DNA of 59,997 nt, the filler included, from Asterionella formosa (lineage: Eukaryota): NCBI GenBank assembly GCA_002256025.1. It is 5 parts of 5 records of this genome, joined end to end, with 100 filler letters (N's around TTAATTAATTAA, not from the genome) between each part and the next. Parts side by side here need not be neighbours in the genome. Positions count along the whole stretch, not along the records: positions 48,105 to 59,997 come from NKIB01008069.1; 4 more parts are not named here. One strand, written 5' to 3'. Every line of letters starts with the position of its first letter. The first letter of the stretch is position 1. Made by a program: the position numbers and the translations under genes. Shown here piece by piece: positions 50,747-59,997 of this stretch. Below the pieces are notes generated by a model, which worked only from the letters and a program-made list of their open reading frames with translations, ran no database searches and was not told the origin of the DNA.

Positions 50747-51264
50747 CCTAGTCAGTTTTCTAATGGACAATGACTAGAGCCTTCGACGATGCTATCTCCA
50801 AGATTTTCACTCCGTATTACAGTGCAAGTGCTGAAAGTGGCAGTGTACATGATCATGGGTCGCGTTATCGGTATATGGTACTTTTTGTTTTTGCTTTGAT
50901 GGTTAGAATGGTTTGTAGCTTTCTGAAAAGTGTTTCCCTCTGCAAAGCAATGATCTTCATACACTCTTAAAAATCGTAGTTGGAGTTGTTAGTATGGTGT
51001 TGTTTTCTAAATTTTATTTCCCCTTGCTAAGGAAGTATTTCCTACTGTATAATGAAAAGGAAGATTGCTGTATCTAAGTGAGCTCATTGCCGACAATGGC
51101 AGCCTGTCTGAAATGAGTGAAAGTATACTTTTTAGACAAGCATTTCAGACCATACGAAAATCTGACAAACACAGTCATTTGTCTAGTTCCACATTATGAT
51201 ATGCAATCTATTAGCAATACTATAGAGAATTTCTGAATTATTACTATGTATCTCACATTTTTCG

Positions 51265-51725
51265 GAGTGATGATCAGTAATGTAGCAACCAACATTCCAA
51301 TCCATATTTCTCCACCAACTTGAAGACAATTTATACCTAGTATATTATTCAATGTACACAAGATCTATGCCTTCATGTCGAATGTCAACATGCTCAGAAC
51401 AAACATATATCTATGCCTTCATGTCGAATGTCAACATGCTCAGAACAAACATATATTGATCAAATGAGGCATCAGAATGTGAATAGTAATTGGTGCTTGT
51501 TATGGACTGATGATCAGTGAAGTAGCAACCAACATTCCAATCCACATTTCTCCACCAATTTGAAAACAATTTTTACCTAGTATAGAGTTCAATATACATG
51601 AGACCAATGCCTTCATGTTGAATGTCGATATGCTCAGAACAAACGTGTAGTGATCAAATTAGGAATCAGTATGTGTGCAATTTTCAGTGCTTGTTGTGGA
51701 GTGATGATCAGTGAAGTAGCAACCA
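51265..51725. repeat. About 195-240 bp dispersed/tandem AT-rich repeat, with another copy at ~52485-52630
   Basis: TGATGATCAGT.A.GTAGCAACCAACATTCCAATCCA recurs; there is an internal ~47-bp tandem duplication at about 51364-51456. Confidence 0.85.
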
Positions 51726-52791
51726 GGAGGGCGATGTATATTTACAGCCGCGCAATCAACATATCTTGCTACAAAATCTCTTTACTGTATGCAATGAGCT
51801 ATACACACATGAAAGAATCAACAGAAACAACAACATACTCAAGGAGCTTGACGAAAATGAATGGAATTCAACAACATGCATCATTCAATTGAAGAGCACA
51901 TTTGTCAATGTCCTGGCATCAGAAGCGGGTCTGCATTGGCGCTTTGAGCTACACATTAACTACAGCGTACAAAATAAGCTAGAAACACATGAAAGAATCA
52001 ACAGAAACAACAAGAAACTCAAGGAGCTTGACAAAATAACTAGAATAAGATGCATTATTCATTCAAGAAAAGTCATGATGATCAGTCACCACTTTTCATT
52101 TTGATCCAAACAGATACTAAAGCTGCACAATATTATCAGAGTCTGCCATAAATACCACAAAAGGTAAGGCAAACACATGGGAGGCAAATAAATGCCTCAT
52201 TAAAAGATCAAAGCAAGCCATCTGCCTTCTCCTCAGTCATCAAGATGTGGGGACAAATGAACTCACCAGTGGCAGAATATGGCATTTACAACACACATAA
52301 TTTCCCTACTCTCATTAGAGAGAGTGCATCCACCCTTTCCCCGCCTTGCAGCGCCCAAAGTCACCATGTTTGTTGGGTTGATACTGGGTAGGTTAAGATT
52401 TTTATACAACCTAGGCTGTCAATGCCAGGAAGTGCCATGCGTGCTACCTTACTAACACTTGAGTAGTCTTAAGGCACTTAATAAATGAAGTTGTAACCAA
52501 CATTCCAATCCATATTTCTCCACCAGTTTGAAGCTGATTTCTATCAAGTATTGCATTCGATGAACAAGAGATCAATGCCTTCATATAGAATGTCGATATG
52601 CTCAGAATGATTGTATATTGATCAAACTAGGTATCTTCAATATTTATAATCAAAAAACGAATATTGATTTCCATTTGAATTATTAGTCTTTTTCTTCATC
52701 ATCAAATTTCCTAGCTAATCAAAACATTATATCTGTACTTTTTGAACTATTCAATACAAATCGAATTGTTTTACGGAAATAGATAGTTGCA

Positions 52792-53005
52792 AGGGAATAA
52801 ATTAGTTGGTTAGCCCACCTTCCAAGGTGGCGGGTTCAATTCCAGCATTCTCCACCTGCTTTGTTTATGTAGTCCCTTGGGTTCCGGGTGGTGAGGCAGG
52901 CAACAAGCAGGTCTAAGGCCCTCTGGGGGACCAAGTGCCACTTCACAAACTCCACAATTGTCGAGCTCTTTAAAAATAGCGTACCCTAAAATTTGCTTAA
53001 TAATT
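52792..53005 (+). mobile_element. tRNA-derived SINE-like element (214 bp) with a 12-bp target-site duplication
   Basis: TAGATAGTTGCA at 52780-52791 and 53006-53017. Head has A-box-like TAAATTAGTTGG, a CCACC-TTCCAA-GGTGG stem-loop, B-box GGTTCAATTCC and GGGAAT/ATTCTC acceptor-like pairing. AT-rich tail TTAATAATT. Confidence 0.75.
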
Positions 53006-53039
53006 TAGATAGTTGCAGGTCCAAACCAAATTTTGTTTG

Positions 53040-53280
53040 AATCTGAGTTGCTCCATTCAATATCATAGCCAACATTCGCCCACCTTTAGTGCATGATTTG
53101 GCTCCTATTGCAAACTATTTGGGTACAACACTTGATTTAAAATAAATTATAATCAAAACTACTGATCTGAATTGCTCCATTCAACATCATCGCCAACATT
53201 CACCCACTTTTTATGCATGATTTCACTCCTTGTGCAATATTTGGGTACAACACTTAATTTCAAATAAAATATAATCAATA
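53040..53280. repeat. 2 x ~125-bp tandem duplication
   Basis: ATCTGA.TTGCTCCATTCAA.ATCAT.GCCAACATTC...TTTGGGTACAACACTT occurs twice. Confidence 0.85.
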
Positions 53281-53484
53281 GTATTTCTCAACATTAAACT
53301 TTTTCCCCATCATCTTGGAATTTCAAATCAAGACGTTGCAGAAATACTTTCAAAACTTTCTTCATCATAAATGGCTGGCTTAAAATTCTTTTTTGAGGCA
53401 TGATGAAATTGAACATATCTTCTGCACTTATTTGCTAAGTATAAAGGCGAAAATAAAAAGGACTAGCCTTGTACAAAAACGGAG

Positions 53485-53568
53485 TTACAGGGAATCCTCT
53501 AGTAGCCAAGCTATGGAGGTTTTCGGTTCCCCTTGGTGAATTGTCGAAAGAAGTCCTCATCAACATGG
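53485..53568 (-). ncRNA. Candidate degenerate type-I hammerhead ribozyme
   Basis: Minus strand reads CATG-UUGAUGA-[GGACUUCUU...AAGGGGAACC]-GAAA-[ACCUC-hairpin-GAGGAU]-UC-CCUG. The core has C3>U and stem I has a mismatch. Confidence 0.35.
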
Positions 53569-54991
53569 CGAAAAAGCAAACACTCTTGTCCGGTCGCAAC
53601 CATACCGGCAAATTGCCAGTATCATAATGGTTGCTTTGCAGCCGCTTCGCAGCGCAGCAAATGCTGTAAAAAGCAGTGATCTAATCATTAATAAACTATG
53701 GAATATAGAATCACAAATGGTGGCGAACTAGAATGGTTATTTGCTTGGAGATTGGCTGTGCCAACGCTAAAATCGGAGAATTTGAAGTGAAGCTTACCAA
53801 AGGAAGAGAAACAGGAGAACGAAACTATACAAATTGACTCTATAAATAAACCAGGCAAACAAAATGAGTCTCTTTCTAGCATCTACAAAGCTACATGATA
53901 ATATAATGGAAATAGACGAATACATACATTGGCTCAGCGCATAAGGGCAACTACAAAAACAAGTATATGAGCAAAAGGGGCAACTAAGGCCCAACACCTA
54001 TGCAGCAGGAAATAGAGTTTAGAGTTTGATTCGCTCCTTTTAATGAAAGAATCAGGCAAATACGCTGGTAATCAGCAAGAAAGTATGTAAAAAGAATGAA
54101 AGCAGAAACAGCTCAGCTATCAGATCAAGAGTTGATAAAGACATTAAAATTGGCTTTGCACACAAGAGCAACCAGGCGAGCAATAGGGGCAAACAAAGGG
54201 CCTCTATGCAGCAAGAAATAGAGTTTGATTCACTTCTTGAAGGAATGAAGCAGGCAAGCATATTAAGAAGAAACCACTTCAACCACCATATATAAAACCA
54301 TTACACACAATGGTAAGGGGAAAGAAGATCCCAAGCACTAGTACAGCACTGTTAAAGTATCTAGTTTACGTTAATAGCTGCAAGCTTACTCGTCCAACTA
54401 TTCGTATTGCCAGATTCGGTGATAACTTGACTTGTCTTACGTTTTAAGAATCCAAACTAAAGTTGAAAACAGATTTCACACTTTACTTGTTATGAGCTAA
54501 AACTAAAACTCCAAAGATGAACTTTCTCAGATTGTTGTCCATCGCAACAACTGTTCATTCCCGAACACAATCTGTTTCCCCACCATGATTACTCCAATGT
54601 CTTGGTTGTTCACATTTGAAAATAAATGAATTTACATCTCATGTCAAAACCAAGATTCATTCCATTGAACTATTGCGCGCCATCGTTCATTCAAATATAA
54701 TCGTATTGTCATTAATCGAATTGATCGAATCACATAAAATAGAATCGAACTATCCCGAAAAAACATTTGGAACAATTATGATGTTTGCGGTGAGGACAAG
54801 ATCATCAAACAGTACATTTGTGGCTGTCTATGCATGTGTGAAAGTTATTCATTGTTTTGTTTTTATGCCATTCACCATATAAATGATCAACTGTTGAGGA
54901 TAAGAAATGGTAGATCAGAGTTTTACAAATTTACATTGAACTATACTTAAGTAGCTGCCTAATTTTCGATTGAATGAGTATCCTGTGTTGG

Positions 54992-57361
54992 CTACAATCC
55001 CAAATGAATCAGGTTGGCAATGTCATCATGACCACGTTGCCGAGCCCAACCTTCTGGAGTGAAGCCTTTGAAATCAGGGAGTGCCAGTGGCTGAGTGTAA
55101 TGACCAGTTCCAATCGTTTTACGATTGCAACCTTTGCCCAGCAGAAGGCGAACTAAGACTTTATCACCAGCCCATGCGGCATTCATCAATGGAGTGAATC
55201 CTCCACGATCATTTGTTTCAAGGTCAAGTCCAGCCAGTTTGGACTCCAAAAGCCACTTGACCACCTTAAATCGTCTGTGAATAACTGCCAAATTAAGGAT
55301 AGAATTCCGTTCACCAATCACTCCGGAATTGTAATTGATGTCAAAACCAAAAGATATTTGAGCTCCTTCAATGAGCTTTTCAATCTTTTGTACATGATCA
55401 CCTTTGAAAAGGATGAAAGCTACTTTGTTGAGGATTTCATCCGATCGCTTCCGCGATTCTTCTTCTTCTTTTCGTATATTTGAAATATACATTTCATGCC
55501 ATGGCTTTCGGGGCTTCCGAGGGAGTCTCCATTTGTTAGGACACAATTGTTGCCACATGTCACTGCGTTCCTTGATACATTCACTTGTCGTCTTGCTGAT
55601 GCATAGTAATGTTCCATGTTCGGAGGGATGAAGGAACTGCATGCAGTGGGCGATAACATCATCACATGCACCAAGGCGTCCGTCAAAAAGAAAGGAAAGA
55701 TCGAAAGGAATCCTTCCTCTATGTGCCAAAAGTTTTTGTGCCAACTCTTCTTCTAACAAAGCATCAATGTGAACCATATCCGACGAAATGGATATGACAC
55801 ACCGAGGAGATTCAGAGCCTTCTCCAGGGCTGGCAGCGGTGGTGGTAGCGGCTTGAGCTGCAGATATTTCGAGGTCAAATCGACGCTGACGCTTTCTACG
55901 TTGGATTCTCCATTGATTCTTGCGAACACTCAACCACTTACCAAAGAGTCCTATATCATCACTTTGCGATGGAAAGGATACAATTTCCTCAGCTTCTTCT
56001 TTGATTCGTTTTCGTTTGCGTATATTCCATGAATATTGCAATTTCCATTTGGCTTTTGACTCCATTTGCCATTCTTCAAAAGAATTGTATCTTTGAGGGG
56101 ACCAAAAGTCATTTGAGACTGTGATTGATGAATTATCTTCTATACGACCGCTACTACTCCAACCGCTACTACTCCAACCCTCTCCATCGTCCAATGCATG
56201 TGGTTGATACTGTTGTGACCACATTTCTTTGCGCATATTCAGCCATGTCAAAAAATTACGAGCATGTATGTCAGTTAGATAGTCGTTGACATTAGTTCCT
56301 TCTGTAGGAGTATCCCAATTGTCGTAATAGCATAAAACTTGTCCCTTCGTATCCTTAAATAGTTGATTTCTCCAAGCTTGTGGGACAAGCATGGGTTGAA
56401 CCATCGCAATGGGTGTTATTGGTTTTCTCCACTTTGGACGCCATTGATGTTTTCTCATGGACAACCAACTTGAAAAGGTTTCAACATTCAACTCTCGAAT
56501 GTATTCCTTGGATCGGAGCCCATCTTCTGCATCGCAAAAAACATCGAAAAATGGAATGTTGAAAAGTGGGTTCCTGTATTGCTTTGTGACACTCTTGTTA
56601 GTCTTCTTTGATAGTGCTACCTTGGGCTTGCTAATGTGCGGCGGCACTGAAACATTGGGTTTGCTGATATGAGGCACCAACGATGAACCAGGGTTATTGT
56701 GTTGCCATTGAGAATTATTCTGCCCATAGTAAAAATCAAAAATTATGGGCCAAACATTATTCTTTTGTAGTGACATGCGAACTTGTTGAACGGTAGAAAA
56801 GGATTGTTCTGGACTAGGATTACATGGTGATTCTTGGGCCCGAAATACCAACAACCACAGTGTTTGACAACGCTTGACAAAGTTGGTCACCGACTCCAAT
56901 GTCGTAAACATGAAAGAAGGTCTTTCATTAATGGAAAGAATAACATCTCCAGGTTTGATTTGGTGACAAATACTGTCGTGGTGGTCGTTGTCAAAGGCAT
57001 GGAGAAAAGTGAGAGGGTTGAGACTATTTCCGGTACTATATCTTGGAAGAAAATGGCTAGCTCTGGTCTGACTCGTCAGTGATTGTACCAATTGCTCATG
57101 TAAATGGCCCACAACGAGGACGTTGTCCCATAAGGCAAGTGTCAAGCCCCACATTTGCTGATCGTACCTTCGTTGCAAGACAAAACCATAATATATTGGT
57201 CTGGGTAGCTTGGCAAGTACGCCTGGCGGCGCATGCTTTTCTCTCGAGTAATCAGCACTCGATGCAATTCCAGCAGAAGCAAGTGCAGGCTTCGAAGGTA
57301 GGACATTGTCGATGGTAGGAGGAGCATTGTCCATAGTAGAAGGTTGTTCCAGCAGAAACAT
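54992..57361 (-). CDS. 789-aa protein: PDZ-like N-terminus, Trp-rich repeats, F-box-like motif, C-terminal ankyrin repeats
   Basis: WGLTL...IKPGDVILSINE (PDZ-like); DDVIAHCMQFLHPSE..LLCISK..MWQQLC (F-box-like); SILNLAV, GFTPLMNAAWAGDKVLVRLLLGKG and GFTPEGWARQRGH (ankyrin). Confidence 0.8.
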   Translation of the reverse strand: MFLLEQPSTMDNAPPTIDNVLPSKPALASAGIASSADYSREKHAPPGVLAKLPRPIYYGFVLQRRYDQQMWGLTLALWDNVLVVGHLHEQLVQSLTSQTRASHFLPRYSTGNSLNPLTFLHAFDNDHHDSICHQIKPGDVILSINERPSFMFTTLESVTNFVKRCQTLWLLVFRAQESPCNPSPEQSFSTVQQVRMSLQKNNVWPIIFDFYYGQNNSQWQHNNPGSSLVPHISKPNVSVPPHISKPKVALSKKTNKSVTKQYRNPLFNIPFFDVFCDAEDGLRSKEYIRELNVETFSSWLSMRKHQWRPKWRKPITPIAMVQPMLVPQAWRNQLFKDTKGQVLCYYDNWDTPTEGTNVNDYLTDIHARNFLTWLNMRKEMWSQQYQPHALDDGEGWSSSGWSSSGRIEDNSSITVSNDFWSPQRYNSFEEWQMESKAKWKLQYSWNIRKRKRIKEEAEEIVSFPSQSDDIGLFGKWLSVRKNQWRIQRRKRQRRFDLEISAAQAATTTAASPGEGSESPRCVISISSDMVHIDALLEEELAQKLLAHRGRIPFDLSFLFDGRLGACDDVIAHCMQFLHPSEHGTLLCISKTTSECIKERSDMWQQLCPNKWRLPRKPRKPWHEMYISNIRKEEEESRKRSDEILNKVAFILFKGDHVQKIEKLIEGAQISFGFDINYNSGVIGERNSILNLAVIHRRFKVVKWLLESKLAGLDLETNDRGGFTPLMNAAWAGDKVLVRLLLGKGCNRKTIGTGHYTQPLALPDFKGFTPEGWARQRGHDDIANLIHLGL

Positions 57362-59329
57362 TTCAAAGAGTTCTTCGCTATGGGGTCAATGCAGCTAACC
57401 CGATTCAAGACGCAGCTAAGATGGAATGAATTAGAATGAAAAAGCCACGAATCGTCAGTGTGATGTACTATCTTATAGGCCAGAGGTAGCACACAAACAA
57501 GAAACCTCTTGGTGCTGTGGTCCCATTGTCAGCACTATTTTATGCAGTGTACTGGTGGTACCTGGTAGTACCAGGTACCAGTAGCAACCTAAAGTATTTT
57601 AGTACCAGCATATAAATTGATAATACCATACGTATGAATATTAATAAGATAAATTAATGCAAGGAATTTTGAATAAGCAAAAGAGAACATGTGCTTTGTA
57701 CATTCATACATACATACAAACTCCCTCTGTTTCGGTAAAGTTGCAACACACTCAGCGACTAACCCGGCTCGATCAACGTACTTCAAAGAAGCCATCTGTA
57801 GAAGCAAGATTCAATTTCTACGCGAGACGATGCAGGCTACGGGTACATCGTTTAGATTAGTATATTTAGGCGAGTATGACTCTAAATGGCTATGATAAGT
57901 TGAAACATATGAGATTCCTGATTCCAGATCAGGTTATGAGAGTGCCAATATATTTTCGTCTCTAGTGACCTGATTAGGAACATGTACCCCAAAAATCACT
58001 AGAAGATCGATTCAGGGACACATGGTTAAATATCGCATGTAAAATGCCACAATTTAGAGAGGAACTTTCAGGAGAAGTTCTCGCTTACCTTTTAAATGGA
58101 CTCTAGAAGCAAGGAAATCAGACCTAGAGGCCAAATCAATAAATGATTGATTAGACAATTACATCCGCAAAATCAAGGAACGTTTAAGAAGCTAATTAGA
58201 TATGATCTAGTTATGATAAACAGGATCATTCTTTAAGCAGTCTTCGATCAAATAGCATCTGGCCTAAGTTGGCTGAGACAGGTCAAGATTAGACAAATAT
58301 GTATTTAGGAAGAGGATGTAGTTTATTCTCAGTTCAATTTGGGAACACAAATGAACCTCGCCTCCAAAGATCACCTCTATTTTGAAACATGCATGAGCTT
58401 GGAAGTTTCAAAATTATACATTCAAATTTACATTTACATTAAGCTCACTCATTTATAAAAACAATTATTAGCAAACAAAGTAAAACAAACAAATTGTGTA
58501 GAAACATGTTTCTAGCAACTTTTACTGTGTGAGAGCTACAGATTTGTAGCATCTAACAACTTGATAAATGTTATAGTTTAGGGCTTTTGATTGTCGTTGG
58601 CTTGCATACTGACCTGTATTCAGATGTGGTGTGATATCGGTTATTACTACCAAAGAGATAGAGCGAAATAAACTAACACTAACAAAGCAACAGCTAGATA
58701 ATATTAGCTTAAAGCTTCTGCAGAGATAAAAGAACCAAATATGACAGACCCAGCATTTTATTTTATCATTAAAATCTGTGCAGTAAGGACAGAGATTGCT
58801 GTGGACTACAATGTCAATGTGGCTGTCTGCACCCCAACATCTCAAGAAGTAGCAAACACCAGCAGGAGCAGCGAAAAAGCAATGTTGCCACCATCACCAA
58901 TAGCAAAACCCCTGGGAAGCATTCGAAAAAGGCTCAAACTCCAATGAAACAGCAAGTATATAACCTTGCTGGACCCCCACAGAAAGGGAGAAATCGACAA
59001 AGCCAAGAGAAGCATCCCCTTCAAAAATTCAATTCCAAATCAAGCTATACCATCTACAACGCCAATTATATACATGATCATCACCCAAATTAAATATTTG
59101 GGTGACCCATTATGAAGAATTTAGCTTAATACATAATTTAAGGGTATGACCTCACTTAAAAATATGATGCATCACATGATTTTGTATATGATAGCTAGGA
59201 GGGAACTAAATTAGTGTTGACAAATTCCATAATTACGTTAGACACTCACATAAGTTTTGGGGCCAGCTGACAATATTTTCTGGCAATGCGAAGAATAATT
59301 TGTTTAGTTATTATGTCTATAATATGCTA

Positions 59330-59866
59330 CTTTTCTCTCGCTCAGGGAGCGTGGAAGACTCGGAACAATGAACTCCACAAAGAAAAACACGCTGATCTCG
59401 CGCAATCCTCTCAGAACGAAAAGATTCGTCAGATATAGAACTACAAAGCGAAATATGCAGAAGAGACAAGCACCTCTTCAGCGCAGATTTGAAAACAATG
59501 CTAGAATCAAGGAGTAACAAGAAAAGGCGGTTCTTGGAACGTGCAGAATACCTAATAGCGGCTTCAAGCAAAGTGGCGGCTACAGAACGACAAAGATCAC
59601 ACAACCTTTTAGTCATGATCCCTGCAGAAACGAGGATCTTTGGTGCTCAGATTGATTGTCTGTAGAAAAAGAACAACATACGCAGAGTGAGTTCATGAGA
59701 AAACAAAGTTGGGAAGCCAAGATTTCGGAATTGTGTTGTGGTTCTTGCCATATAATTCAATAGCAAGCGCAGCCCCCCTCAAATTGACTGGCTGTCTGTA
59801 ATCGGTAAACAACATCTGCAGAGTGAATTCATGAACAAACGATTATTGCAAAGGCATAGTTTTCGC

Positions 59867-59951
<85 letters not shown>
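59330..59951 (+). mobile_element. 5'-truncated non-LTR retrotransposon 3' end with a (CAA)n tail
   Basis: AWKTRNNELH at 59349 matches the LINE ORF2 C-terminal W..RN..hH motif; after a frameshift, RRDKHLFSADL..L; then a ~250-bp UTR-like stretch and the microsatellite tail. Confidence 0.5.
59866..59951 (+). repeat. (CAA)~28 microsatellite
   Basis: Perfect trinucleotide run. Confidence 0.99.
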
Positions 59952-59997
59952 TGGCAACACGAATAGCACAAGCAGATGCACTTTGTATTTCATCTCC

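Noticed and set aside
52793..52855. Functional tRNA-Gly gene
   Set aside because: Too short, D-arm and variable region are defective, and it lies within a TSD-flanked insert; treated as a SINE head.
53570..53640. Twister ribozyme resemblance (ACTGGCAAT..GCCGGT...CCGGACAAGAGTG on the minus strand)
   Set aside because: The pseudoknot partner lies on the wrong side and a simple long hairpin explains the complementarity.
53690..54300. Purine-rich stretch with an internal duplication (CTATGCAGCA.GAAATAGAGTTT) that looks like decayed coding sequence
   Set aside because: Multiple stops and no identifiable family; I cannot support a call.
57850..59300. Possible retroelement remnants upstream of the ankyrin gene
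   Set aside because: No RT, RNase H or integrase motif could be read in any frame.

Overview
The window is not one continuous locus. It is five contigs of about 11.9 kb joined by artificial 100-bp linkers (44 N + TTAATTAATTAA + 44 N) in descending length order, so adjacency across linkers means nothing. Contigs 1 (1-11933), 2 (12034-23965) and 5 (48105-59997) are diatom-like nuclear DNA with short GT-AG introns; contig 3 (24066-35996) is AT-rich repeat and transposon debris, probably also eukaryotic. Contig 4 (36097-48004) is Bacteroidota DNA. Contig 1 carries CNS1/TTC4, a divergent ZEP1/VDL2 carotenoid gene pair, TBCE, a degenerate copine and NDUFB10. Contig 2 carries a head-to-head pair of secreted SMSIDYLG-repeat proteins, a plastid-targeted NDPK, a CDV3-like gene, an old yellow enzyme and two structured non-coding elements. 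Contig 3 has a decayed Plavaka-like transposase between two 2.2-2.5 kb direct repeats. Contig 4 has two tandem giant PKD surface proteins, the upstream one ending in a T9SS C-terminal domain, separated by a 44-bp perfect palindrome and a 21-bp-periodic array. Contig 5 has an SdrD-B-like pseudogene, an ML-like membrane protein, a tRNA-headed SINE-like element with a 12-bp target-site duplication, a candidate hammerhead ribozyme, a PDZ-like/F-box-like/ankyrin gene and a LINE-like 3' end with a (CAA)n tail. All family assignments come from motif recognition by eye; no database searches or folding programs were run.
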